From Candidatus Peregrinibacteria bacterium (lineage in GTDB: Bacteria > Patescibacteriota > Gracilibacteria > Peribacterales > Peribacteraceae): a DNA stretch of 63,938 nucleotides. The stretch spans positions 1 to 63,938 of the forward strand of contig JBAWYM010000002.1 in the NCBI GenBank assembly GCA_037143575.1. The letters run 5' to 3'. The position numbers and the translations under genes are program-made. Below, one piece after another: positions 1 through 8,531 of this stretch (within the stretch, counting starts at the first letter, position 1; each line of letters starts with the position of its first letter). The notes beneath the pieces were generated by a model. It ran no database searches. It had not been told where the DNA came from and worked only from the letters and a program-made list of their open reading frames with translations.

Positions 1-46
1 AAGGAACTGCGTCTCGCGCTGCGGCGCTTGAACGCAGGGCATGGGG

Positions 47-89
47 TAGTAAACTAATAACTAATAACTAGTTAACTAATAACTTACTA
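47..89. repeat. heptamer array abutting the start codon of gene 90..464
   Basis: 'actaata actaata actagtt aactaat aacttac' is the same unit as the arrays at 53801..53882. Confidence 0.55.
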
Positions 90-464
90 ATGCGCGTCCT
101 CCTCTTCGGAACCTTCGATCTCCTCCATCCCGGGCATCGTTTCGTGATCGAGGAAGGTACGAAGCGCGGCGAGGTAACGGTGGTCGTGGCGCGTGATGTC
201 ACGGTCGCACGCATAAAGAAGCACGTGCCAAGGCAGGCGGAGCACGAACGACGGAAGAGTATTGAAGAGGCATATCCTGCCGTGACAGCCATTCTTGGGG
301 ATCCTGAGGATTACCTCGTTTGTGTACGGAACGTGAAACCCGATCTCATTCTCCTTGGGTATGATCAGCAGTTTCCCCAGGGCGTCACCGCCGAATCCTT
401 TCCATGCCCTATAGAACGACTGCAGGCATTCGAGCCAGAGAAGTGGAAGAGCAGCAGGATGTGA
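90..464 (+). CDS. cytidylyltransferase-superfamily nucleotidyltransferase (small RibL/TagD-like enzyme)
   Basis: The 124-aa ORF has an N-terminal 'LLFGTFDLLHPGH', which is the (H/T)xGH nucleotidyltransferase signature. It starts with ATG. Confidence 0.6.
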   Translation: MRVLLFGTFDLLHPGHRFVIEEGTKRGEVTVVVARDVTVARIKKHVPRQAEHERRKSIEEAYPAVTAILGDPEDYLVCVRNVKPDLILLGYDQQFPQGVTAESFPCPIERLQAFEPEKWKSSRM

Positions 465-527
465 GGGATTGGGGATTGGTTATTCGGGATTAGGGTCTCT
501 AAGTTAGGAGAATAGAAATTGGCAGTT
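465..527 (+). repeat. degenerate heptamer array immediately after the stop of gene 90..464
   Basis: 'gggattg gggattg gttattc gggatta gggtctc taagtta ggagaat agaaatt ggcagtt'. Confidence 0.65.
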
Positions 528-666
528 TGTGCTATAGAGGAATCGCCAATTCTTCGGCCCCGCTCAGGATGCAACGAAGTTGAGTGGATGAACATGAACC
601 TCGCCAAGAACATTGTCCATAATCTTCAAATACGCTATACTATGGAGATTTCTCCACATCTCTCCT

Positions 667-1245
667 ATGGATGACCGCGATCTGCCTTACCCTTCTCTCT
701 GGAAGCAGCTCCTCGGTGCCGGTATCGGTGCGGGAGTAGCTTTGCTCCTCTATGGAGCCTACAGCACCGTTACGCCGCATATCTCGGCATGGCTCATTGC
801 GCCGCAGTCGCAGATTGTTGCCCAGAATCCAGGAGGCGTAGCGACGGCAACAGTGGATATGCCTGTCGCACAATATGAACGACTCGCCGCCAAATCAAAG
901 GCGGTGTATCAGCGTCTGGCCGCTCAGGATTTGTCACCGGCGCAGAATGATGGACAAACTGTGACCGTACCGGGTCCTCTGCAAACTCCGCCTTCTTTTC
1001 CTCCATCTCCTCCTCTGGTTGTGTCGGAAGTACAGAGCTCATCTTCACAAAACTCTCTGCCATTGCAGAATGATACTACCGTCCCTGCAGTACAGCGCAG
1101 TGCTCAGCGACGCGAGGAACGTATCCAGAAAATGGCCGGGGAAAGATTGCCGAGTTCTGGAATCGGTACAACGCTTGTCTTGCTGACTGCAGGAATGTTT
1201 GCAGGAGTACGCACTGTGCGATCGCGCAAGGAGAGGAATTTGTAG
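667..1245 (+). CDS. hypothetical membrane-anchored Pro/Ser-rich protein
   Basis: The ORF 613..1245 opens with TTG, so I prefer the internal ATG at 667. It has a hydrophobic segment 'LLGAGIGAGVALLLYGAY', a second C-terminal TM 'GIGTTLVLLTAGMFAG', and a P/S-rich middle. I recognise no family. Confidence 0.4.
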   Translation: MDDRDLPYPSLWKQLLGAGIGAGVALLLYGAYSTVTPHISAWLIAPQSQIVAQNPGGVATATVDMPVAQYERLAAKSKAVYQRLAAQDLSPAQNDGQTVTVPGPLQTPPSFPPSPPLVVSEVQSSSSQNSLPLQNDTTVPAVQRSAQRREERIQKMAGERLPSSGIGTTLVLLTAGMFAGVRTVRSRKERNL

Positions 1246-1267
1246 GCAAGGCGCTTGAGGCGCTACA

Positions 1268-2029
1268 GTGAAGGATATGCTTATCACTTCAGGTGTGGCG
1301 TGGATTGTTCTGGCCATTGTTCTCGGCATGACTTTTGGGAGCTTCGGGAATGTCCTTGTCGCGAGGCTTCCCAAGGGGCAGAGCATTCTCGGTCGTTCCC
1401 GCTGTCCGAAATGTCACCATATTCTTGCGGCGCGAGATCTCGTTCCCGTCTTTAGCTATCTCTTCCTTCGCCGCCGTTGCCGTTATTGCGGTCATCCGAT
1501 TGCTTTAATCTATATTCTCACAGAAGTGGTAGCAGCTGCACTCTTCGTCTTCGCATTCACCGTTTCGAGTGCGCCTTTACCAGCCATCATTCTTTCATTT
1601 ATTTTGTGGCTTCTCCTTCTTGTTTCGCTCACAGACTACTCAACGCAGACGATCCCCGATGCCCTTTCTATTCCACTCATTGTCCTTGCTGCTGCCTATA
1701 CCACCTCCACGCGCGGTATCGATATCACTGGCATGCTCCTGCCACCGCTATTTTTTGCAGTGCAGTGGATCCTGAGTCGCGGAAAGTGGGTCGGGAGCGG
1801 AGATATTCTCATTGCTGCTGCATCAGGATTCCTCATCGCTGATTTGAAGAAATCTCTCCTCATGCTTGGTCTCTCTTATATCATCGGTGCAGTATTCTGT
1901 ATTGTCATGCTCGTGCGCGGTCGTGCCAATCGCAAGAGCGCTATCGCCTTCGGGCCATTCCTCGCAATCGCTACGGTTATCGTGATGTTTTTCGGAGACA
2001 GTATTATGAGGGTGCTGCTACGATATTGA
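1268..2029 (+). CDS. pilD: prepilin peptidase (A24 family, PilD-like)
   Basis: It is polytopic and carries the typical N-terminal Cys box 'CPKCHHILAARDLVPVFSYLFLRRRCRYCGHPI'. The track start is GTG at 1268, and an ATG at 1277 is also possible. Confidence 0.85.
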   Translation: MKDMLITSGVAWIVLAIVLGMTFGSFGNVLVARLPKGQSILGRSRCPKCHHILAARDLVPVFSYLFLRRRCRYCGHPIALIYILTEVVAAALFVFAFTVSSAPLPAIILSFILWLLLLVSLTDYSTQTIPDALSIPLIVLAAAYTTSTRGIDITGMLLPPLFFAVQWILSRGKWVGSGDILIAAASGFLIADLKKSLLMLGLSYIIGAVFCIVMLVRGRANRKSAIAFGPFLAIATVIVMFFGDSIMRVLLRY

Positions 2030-2067
2030 GCTTCTTGATGTGGCTTATTCAAACGGATGAGTGAGCA

Positions 2068-2155
2068 GTGGGTAGTTTGTAATGAGTAGATTGTAAACAA
2101 CTCACATGCTGGTGCTTCGTCTCTCTACCCACGACAAACTACCCACTACACACTA
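2068..2155. repeat. inverted pair of degenerate heptamer arrays forming a long imperfect hairpin
   Basis: 'gtgggta gtttgta atgagta gattgta' faces 'tctctac ccacgac aaactac ccactac'. The outer arms 'gtgggtagtttgt' and 'acaaactacccac' are complementary. It lies in the pilD/queA intergenic region. Confidence 0.6.
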
Positions 2156-2478
2156 AAAATTTGGGCCCCCGAGCAGGATTCCGAGTTTCCGATTTTTCGG
2201 GAGCCTGAGCGGGAGCCCAGAAGTCGCCAGCTTTTCCATTATTCGGCCCCAAGAGGGGTCCGCCACCAGCTGATCCGTGAGAATCACCTGAGGAGGTCGA
2301 TGCTGACTTGACTATTATTGTTGTCTTTTGCTCTAAAGTCAAGTAATTATCAAATATTGGGAGATTTGGCGAATATTGACGGAATTATTATAATATTACG
2401 CTATATTCATGTTTCGGCCTCGACACGGTTCGCAGTGACATGGCTCACCCTAATATGCCCATTGTTTCCAGAGGCTTC

Positions 2479-3516
2479 TTAGAGAATGAGCATCGCATCG
2501 CCGAAGGAGAAAAACCGGAGCTTCTTTTCGATGGACTCAGCATAGAGCTTTAGGAGTTCCTCGCGTCCCATGAATGCCCCGACGAGCATCAGGAGACTGC
2601 TCCTAGGAACGTGGAAATTGGTGATGAGTCCATCGACGAAGCAGAAGCGGTATCCTTCACGGATGAAGAGTCGCGTCGATCCTTTCACAGGATGCAGTTT
2701 GCCTCTTCCATTTGCAGCAGATTCGAGCGTGCGTGCGACGGTCGTTCCCACGGCGATGATCGGACGGCCAGCCTTTTTCGCATTCTCCAGCAATCGTTTG
2801 TTTCGCGCATCGATCTCGTAGTGTTCTTTGTGGAGCAGGCCATTCTTCCACTGATCTTCTGTGAGGGGTGAGAATGTCCCGAGGTGCACGTGCAGCGTCA
2901 CTCGAGCGATCGTTATTCCTTCTCTCTGGAGACTCTTTAGAAGACGCTCTGTGAAGTGCAATGAGGCGGTGGGTGCGGCGATCGATCCGGGGTTCTTCGC
3001 AATGATGGTCTGATAGGCGCGCTTGCGCAGCGCTCTCGAAAGCGGTGAGTGTCGGAGATACGGTGGCAGGGGAGCGTTGCCGAATCGCTCAAAGATCTTC
3101 TGGAGTGTAGTGAGCGGGAAGGACGGTGTGAGCAGCCAGTATTTTCCCGATGTTCCTGAGACGGTGAAGCCGAGCTTGCCCTTCAGGGTGAGGAATTCTG
3201 CTTCCCAGAGTTTGCGGTTGGCGAAGGCGATGATGTTCCCCTCCTTCGTTCCGATCGACAGGATTTCCACCATTCCGCCGCTCGATCGTTTCAGGCAGAG
3301 CTGGGCGGGAATGACCTTGGTTTCGTTGAGGACGAGAACAGCATTCTCCGGCAGAAACTTCGGAAGTGTGCGGAATGTTGTCCAGGTTTTCTCTCCAGTC
3401 TTCCGGTCGTACGTAACGAGCCTGGCACTGTCGCGCGGGGAGGCGGGCGTGAGGGCGATGCGCTCCTTGGGGAGGACGTAGTCGTAGAGGGCCAGGGCTT
3501 GTTTCAGGGTGGGCAA
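2479..3516 (-). CDS. queA: S-adenosylmethionine:tRNA ribosyltransferase-isomerase
   Basis: The 345-aa ORF is QueA-like end to end ('LYDYVLPKERIA', 'TLHVHLGTFSP', 'AVGTTVARTLES'). It has a TTG start at 3516. Confidence 0.9.
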   Translation of the reverse strand: MPTLKQALALYDYVLPKERIALTPASPRDSARLVTYDRKTGEKTWTTFRTLPKFLPENAVLVLNETKVIPAQLCLKRSSGGMVEILSIGTKEGNIIAFANRKLWEAEFLTLKGKLGFTVSGTSGKYWLLTPSFPLTTLQKIFERFGNAPLPPYLRHSPLSRALRKRAYQTIIAKNPGSIAAPTASLHFTERLLKSLQREGITIARVTLHVHLGTFSPLTEDQWKNGLLHKEHYEIDARNKRLLENAKKAGRPIIAVGTTVARTLESAANGRGKLHPVKGSTRLFIREGYRFCFVDGLITNFHVPRSSLLMLVGAFMGREELLKLYAESIEKKLRFFSFGDAMLIL

Positions 3517-3562
3517 AATATACGTAGGACAGGAATATTCCTGTCCTACGTATATTTTGCCC
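3511..3562. promoter_or_regulatory. perfect 52-bp palindrome in the divergent queA/smpB control region
   Basis: 'gggcaaaatatacgtaggacaggaatattcctgtcctacgtatattttgccc' equals its own reverse complement. It overlaps the queA TTG start and ends 15 nt before the smpB ATG. Confidence 0.7.
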
Positions 3563-3576
3563 TATACTTCCTCCGA

Positions 3577-4017
3577 ATGAAAACCGTCTCCGAAAATCGC
3601 CGCGCGCGCTTCGACTACGAGATCCTAGAAACGGTGGAAGCTGGCATGATGCTCACGGGGCAGGAAGTGAAGTCCTGCAGGATGGGGCATATCAATCTCA
3701 CAGGATCGTATGTTTCTTTCCATTCCGGAAAGCCGATTCTCAAAAATGCATCCATTGCCCGTTATGTCCATACCTCCAAGCTCGAGCCGTACGACGAACA
3801 CCGCGATCGTCCGCTCCTCCTCAGCCGTGCGGATATTCGCAAGCTCACAACGAGAACGGAAGAAAAGGGCCTGACGGTCGTTCCTCTCGCCGTGCACGCA
3901 GGCCGCTTCATCAAGCTCCTCATCGGCATCGGGCGCGGAAGGAAGAGTATCGACAAGCGGCAGCATATCAAAGAAAGAGAGGTGGAACGCGTGCTCAAGC
4001 GGACGGGAAATTATTGA
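3577..4017 (+). CDS. smpB: SsrA-binding protein
   Basis: 'NRRARFDYEILETVEAGMMLTGQEVKS' is the canonical SmpB N-terminus. I chose the start at ATG 3577, because the longer ORF from 3499 runs through the palindrome. Confidence 0.9.
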   Translation: MKTVSENRRARFDYEILETVEAGMMLTGQEVKSCRMGHINLTGSYVSFHSGKPILKNASIARYVHTSKLEPYDEHRDRPLLLSRADIRKLTTRTEEKGLTVVPLAVHAGRFIKLLIGIGRGRKSIDKRQHIKEREVERVLKRTGNY

Positions 4018-5174
4018 ACCGAACCGATGTTCGCCCGAAATTCTTCGAGAGAAGCGGAGCGCGCATTGTCTGCGAGGAGCATGAGCCCGAGGGACGGGTA
4101 ATCGCAGGCGGCAATCCGCAGACGTGTCATGACCTGTTTCCACACTTCGAAGAGTTGGTTGAGCTCCGGCGATGTGGTTTCCTGCTCGTCATTCATTTCA
4201 TCACTGATGCGCTGTAGCGTGAGCTGTTCAAGAGCATCACGTTTCTGCTCGAAGAGCTCTTTCGTGGAGAGTGCTTGGGGTGAAAAATGTTCGGCGATGA
4301 TCTGCTCAATGGTACGGTTTGAATCATCCATACTCATGAGCGGTTCTCTATCATCAGTAGGAAGCATGGATACCCACGCATTGATAATCTCCGTAATACA
4401 CTGTTTCCTTTTTCCGTGAGAAAACACTTCTTTATGCTTGAGAAGTCCATGAAGGCTTCGTCGCAGCTCTATCGCGTATCGGACACAGTTCCCGGGATCG
4501 AGCGAGAGGAGGAAAGGTTGCTGTTGCAGCAGATACTCTTCGATACGCCCTTTCGCATTCTCTATATTCGGCGTTGGTCCTGCGAGGAATTGCGCGAGCT
4601 TTCTGCCGGGTACGGTGGATCTGGTCTGCCGTACGGCGGCACCGTTTGCGAGAGTTGTGGGTGCTCCTTTTTGCCAGACAGGGTTGCTTGGAGTCACGGC
4701 CACGTAGCAGAGTTTGTCCTCCTGAAATATCGCACACAAATCGCTGCGGATCAGGCGGAAAAAATCGGCGATTTCTATTTTCTGAGTATGGAGAGACGCG
4801 GAATGCTGCACGATCGTATGCGAGATGTAGCGCAGGAATTGTTCTGCCCGACCGATATCATCAATGCTCATTTCCTTGGTCAAACGCATGCGAGCGTCTT
4901 CGTCGGCAGCGGATGCATGCCGTTCATGGATGTCCTGCGTGAGTGCTTGCACGAGGCGGCTTCGGACATCGGCGGCGAAATCGTCGATCCGGAGCGTGGT
5001 ATCTTTGCACTTGGGAGCCAGATACCAGGGGACGAGCCACGGATTACGGTAATATGGATTCTGCTCTCTTAGCTGCAGGTCAGTAACCTTATGTTGTTCC
5101 GCAATACATACTCGCAGAAACTGCGAATCGTATATATCGTGATGCTCGGAAACGGACTGAAATATCGGCTGCAT
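4011..5174 (-). CDS. hypothetical protein (387 aa, soluble, no recognised domain)
   Basis: It is a long uninterrupted ORF with normal composition and an ATG start. Its end overlaps the smpB end by 7 nt in convergent orientation. Confidence 0.5.
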   Translation of the reverse strand: MQPIFQSVSEHHDIYDSQFLRVCIAEQHKVTDLQLREQNPYYRNPWLVPWYLAPKCKDTTLRIDDFAADVRSRLVQALTQDIHERHASAADEDARMRLTKEMSIDDIGRAEQFLRYISHTIVQHSASLHTQKIEIADFFRLIRSDLCAIFQEDKLCYVAVTPSNPVWQKGAPTTLANGAAVRQTRSTVPGRKLAQFLAGPTPNIENAKGRIEEYLLQQQPFLLSLDPGNCVRYAIELRRSLHGLLKHKEVFSHGKRKQCITEIINAWVSMLPTDDREPLMSMDDSNRTIEQIIAEHFSPQALSTKELFEQKRDALEQLTLQRISDEMNDEQETTSPELNQLFEVWKQVMTRLRIAACDYPSLGLMLLADNARSASLEEFRANIGSVQ

Positions 5175-5267
5175 AGAAGTGCATCACTGTAGCAGTACGG
5201 AGCTCTTCGACAAGAAATTCGTTCAGCTTCTCTTCAACCTGGCTCCTTTCTCCTGCATACTTCTCTT

Positions 5268-5864
5268 GTGTCCCTCCTCCCTCCCCAAATCCAGAAGGCC
5301 ATCGATGAATTCAGTAAGCTCCCGGGCATCGGGCAGAAATCGGCCGAACGGCTCACGTTTCATTTGCTGCGAAGTTCCAGAGCATCACCGGAGAATTTGG
5401 GGAAGGCCCTTTTCGAGCTCAAGACGCAGCTGCAATACTGCCGTAGCTGCCAGATGGTGACACTGAACGATGAGTGCGACATTTGCAGAGACTCTTCCCG
5501 CGATCATGCCATCGTTCTCGTGGTGGAGAATCCCCTCGATGTCATCGCCTTCGAGCGGTCGGGGTTCAAGGGTGTCTATCATGTGCTTCACGGCGTCATT
5601 TCCCCGATTGACGGTATGGGGCCAGAGCAGTTGAAGTTGAAAGAGCTCGTAGATCGCTGTCAGGCTGGTACGATTCAGGAAGTGATCGTGGCGACGAACC
5701 CGGATGTGGAAGGCGAAGCGACCGCAAGCTTCATGCGCGAGAGACTGAAGCATTGTGTTGCGGTCATTACCCGCTTAGCTCATGGCCTCCCGATGGGAGC
5801 CGATATCGAGTTTGCAGATCAGGTGACACTGAGGGAAGCACTTGCCGGAAGACGAGGTTTGTAG
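5268..5864 (+). CDS. recR: recombination protein RecR
   Basis: It has the helix-hairpin-helix 'LPGIGQKSAERLTFHLL', the C4 zinc finger 'CRSCQ...CDIC' and a Toprim region. It starts with GTG. Confidence 0.9.
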   Translation: MSLLPPQIQKAIDEFSKLPGIGQKSAERLTFHLLRSSRASPENLGKALFELKTQLQYCRSCQMVTLNDECDICRDSSRDHAIVLVVENPLDVIAFERSGFKGVYHVLHGVISPIDGMGPEQLKLKELVDRCQAGTIQEVIVATNPDVEGEATASFMRERLKHCVAVITRLAHGLPMGADIEFADQVTLREALAGRRGL

Positions 5865-5867
5865 GAG

Positions 5868-6464
5868 ATGGTTCCATTTATGACCTTTATGCCTGAACAA
5901 CCTTCTGAAGCTCTTTCTCCGGCGGATTATCAATCGCGATCTTCTTGTGGGATTTCTGTTCCGAAATCCAGTGCTTGGGCGCGGCTTGGGCTGATTGCCG
6001 TGCTCGCTATTCCGGCTTGTATTCGTTGTGAGTCGTTCTTGGGAACAGATGATGATCAAGGTCAGCGTCAGTCTGAACTGGCAATTTCCAAGAAAGTTTC
6101 CCAGATCCTTGCTCGAACGGATCTCCGTGTGCTCTGTATAGATCGTGCTCATGCGAGCCTCGGAATGACGCGCTATACGCCGGACAATTTTGAGATAGGT
6201 CTGGAATTATTGGATGGTTCTGATCCCAAGAACAGCCTCTTCGGCACTCCCGTTGCCGTGGAGTTCAGCATCAGCTCTTTCGCAGATCCCGTGGCTCACT
6301 TTGATGAATCTTCCCAGGCCAGAGAAATGTTTGAGGGCGCTCGAATCGAAATTTTCTCGAATGGCATATCGCTGGGAACAGCCGCTATTGGCGCGGATGG
6401 AAAGGCCCGTGTGCAGATCCCCGCCGGAGCCGTAGGTCCGTTCACGGTGAAATTTGTTCCGTGA
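5868..6464 (+). CDS. hypothetical membrane-anchored or secreted protein
   Basis: The 198-aa ORF starts 4 nt after the recR stop. It has a hydrophobic segment 'ARLGLIAVLAIPAC' and a beta-rich C-terminus ('GKARVQIPAGAVGPFTVKFVP'). Confidence 0.4.
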   Translation: MVPFMTFMPEQPSEALSPADYQSRSSCGISVPKSSAWARLGLIAVLAIPACIRCESFLGTDDDQGQRQSELAISKKVSQILARTDLRVLCIDRAHASLGMTRYTPDNFEIGLELLDGSDPKNSLFGTPVAVEFSISSFADPVAHFDESSQAREMFEGARIEIFSNGISLGTAAIGADGKARVQIPAGAVGPFTVKFVP

Positions 6465-6623
6465 TACCTCTCCCTCATACGGCTCCGCAATACAAACATC
6501 ATCAATGGTTGATGGAAGCTATCCTCAAATATCGGCGTAGCTTCGCCGGTATTGTGTAATGAAGTATATCTCCGAAAAATGCTGTTTATAAAGCGAAGCA
6601 GTATCAGAGTGCGGGGTTATTCA

Positions 6624-8309
6624 TCAATATACTTCGGTGAGGTAGCAGGTTTTGCAATAGATCTTCTCCGGTCTCTCTGGCGCGAAAGCTGCCTCAATAT
6701 TCTTTCCACACTTCGTGCAATTTCGCTTCCAGAGCCTTTTCGGTTTTCTCATCGTGAAGCGGTCAATATAGCGCCGGTCCGGACAGCGCCGCGGTAATGG
6801 AAGCCCGTTGCGCCGGTAGAAATCAAGCTCCTGCCGGATGATGCGGAAGGGCTTGCCGGTCACTTCGCATCGAATGGCGGAGTGGAGAATTTCATCGGTG
6901 ATTTCGGTGATGCGCTCCGGAAGATTCCCCGCATCAATAATCATTCCAGTTTCGGGCTGAGGCGGTTCGTAATTTGACCAAGGGATTTTTTCTTCCTGAG
7001 CTTGTTCTTTGGTGATCGGAAAATACTCCAGTGCCCGGGATTGGTTGTATCCAAATGGAGAAAACGCCATCGGAAAGAATTCTCCGTACTCTCCGGTGCG
7101 ATTCATGTGATCAATAATTTTCGGCACGAGCGCTTCGTACTCTTCTTTCGAATATTGCTTATTCAGAATACAGAAAGAGCCCTGATTGATACCGCAGCAG
7201 CCAAAGAGATCGTGGGAGTTCTGGGTACAGTCGGAGTACAAACAATTCTTGCAGTCGTAGGTGAAGTGACAGGCGATGCACTGGAAGGCATGGCTGATCG
7301 CGTGGCATTCATACATCAGCTCCGCCCAGCCGACGTGGTAGACATCCAGCGAGTCCTTGGCATCGATCCCGTCGAAGCAATGGCGGCAGTCGCGCATGCC
7401 GATGGAGTCGAAGCAATTCTCGCAGTCTTTGGATGTGAAGAGGAGATCGCCGCTGCAGCCCTCGGATTGCAGCTGAAAGATGGCAGGATGCATCGCGCGC
7501 CGTTCTTTCATGATGCAGTATTCCTCGCGAAGTTTCCGGAGAAGGGAATGGGAGAGCGGAAGGATCTCTGCCATGCGCTTGCGATACTCCTCCGGCGTGA
7601 GCTGCTCATTCTGGATGCAGTACTGCTTGTTCCTCAAGTTGCAGCTGAGGAAACAGTTCTTGCAGCCTGAGCAGTCGAAGCAGAACCACACCTCCTCACA
7701 CCTCCGGATGAATTCACAGAAGAAGGCCCGGTAACTGCCCCAGGCGTAGTACGTCTCATAGCAGAGCTCGCAGCCTTCCAGGAGGTACGAGCAATCGACG
7801 CAGTCCCGACAGTGCTCCACGATCCAGTCGCTGTAATAGATATCTTCACTCTCGAAGGTAATCGCGGACCAGTAGCAGTTCTTATTCTTGCCGGAGTGGT
7901 TGGTGAATGCGCTATTTTCGCTCTGTTTGTTGACGAGGGCATTGCGGGGGACCGCGAGCTGCAGTTCCCGGAACTGATCGAAGAAGGGGCGGCTGAAGTC
8001 GAAGTCGCGTCCGTAGGACCTCGCATCCCATTTGTCCGACCACCAGATTTCCTGATCGTAGACTTTGAATGGCGCATCCGGCGGGTACATCGAGATGATG
8101 GATTTTCCGCTGAAGTCGCATGTACGGCGGTACAAGTTCCGTTCATTCCTCCAGACGAGGCGGCGTTGCTGACGGCAGTCGGGACAGTGCGTTGGTGGAG
8201 GGATAGGGAATGTCCTTCCCGCGACCATTGGTGAGACGCGATCGAGGAGCGAGGTGTCTTTTGCATCGATCGTGAATGGTTGCCGGCAGTGGACGCAGAT
8301 CTTTTCCAT
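6624..8309 (-). CDS. large cysteine-rich protein with N- and C-terminal zinc ribbons (uncharacterised family, paralog A)
   Basis: The 561-aa ORF has about 40 Cys by hand count. It has 'CVHC...CPDCRQQRR' at the N-terminus and 'CTKCGK-x17-CKTCY' at the C-terminus, with many CxxC pairs in the middle. It is a paralog of 37372..39039. Confidence 0.8.
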   Translation of the reverse strand: MEKICVHCRQPFTIDAKDTSLLDRVSPMVAGRTFPIPPPTHCPDCRQQRRLVWRNERNLYRRTCDFSGKSIISMYPPDAPFKVYDQEIWWSDKWDARSYGRDFDFSRPFFDQFRELQLAVPRNALVNKQSENSAFTNHSGKNKNCYWSAITFESEDIYYSDWIVEHCRDCVDCSYLLEGCELCYETYYAWGSYRAFFCEFIRRCEEVWFCFDCSGCKNCFLSCNLRNKQYCIQNEQLTPEEYRKRMAEILPLSHSLLRKLREEYCIMKERRAMHPAIFQLQSEGCSGDLLFTSKDCENCFDSIGMRDCRHCFDGIDAKDSLDVYHVGWAELMYECHAISHAFQCIACHFTYDCKNCLYSDCTQNSHDLFGCCGINQGSFCILNKQYSKEEYEALVPKIIDHMNRTGEYGEFFPMAFSPFGYNQSRALEYFPITKEQAQEEKIPWSNYEPPQPETGMIIDAGNLPERITEITDEILHSAIRCEVTGKPFRIIRQELDFYRRNGLPLPRRCPDRRYIDRFTMRKPKRLWKRNCTKCGKNIEAAFAPERPEKIYCKTCYLTEVY

Positions 8310-8531
8310 AAGGAAACAGTAGGAGTTCTTTACGGATTTCCCTAACAGGGATTCTCATGAGTTGCTCACTCTTCTACAAATACCTATGATCAAAATAGGA
8401 CTTTCTATTTACAATACGCAGTTCTATATTATTGCGTAGATGAGTATCTACATATGAACCCTCACCCTACCCTCTCCCCCTGCGGGAGGAGAGGGAGCGC
8501 GGGCCGGCTCTCCCGTGAAAAAGAATGCATT

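Noticed and set aside
2139-2342. A 67-aa Gly-rich ORF with a TTG start in the pilD/queA spacer
   Set aside because: It has a non-ATG start, low-complexity composition and no motif. It overlaps the repeat-rich intergenic region, so I judged it unlikely to be coding.
8454-8531. N-terminal extensions of several ORFs, namely 8454, 3499, 47998..48102, 58918..59049, 46235..46312 and 35038..35196
   Set aside because: The extra codons translate hairpin, heptamer or REP-type repeats ('PHPTLSPCGRRGSAG', 'VIGPSLVIGIWSLVI', 'HGSTRLTMT'-type peptides). Family alignments point to the downstream ATGs that I used.
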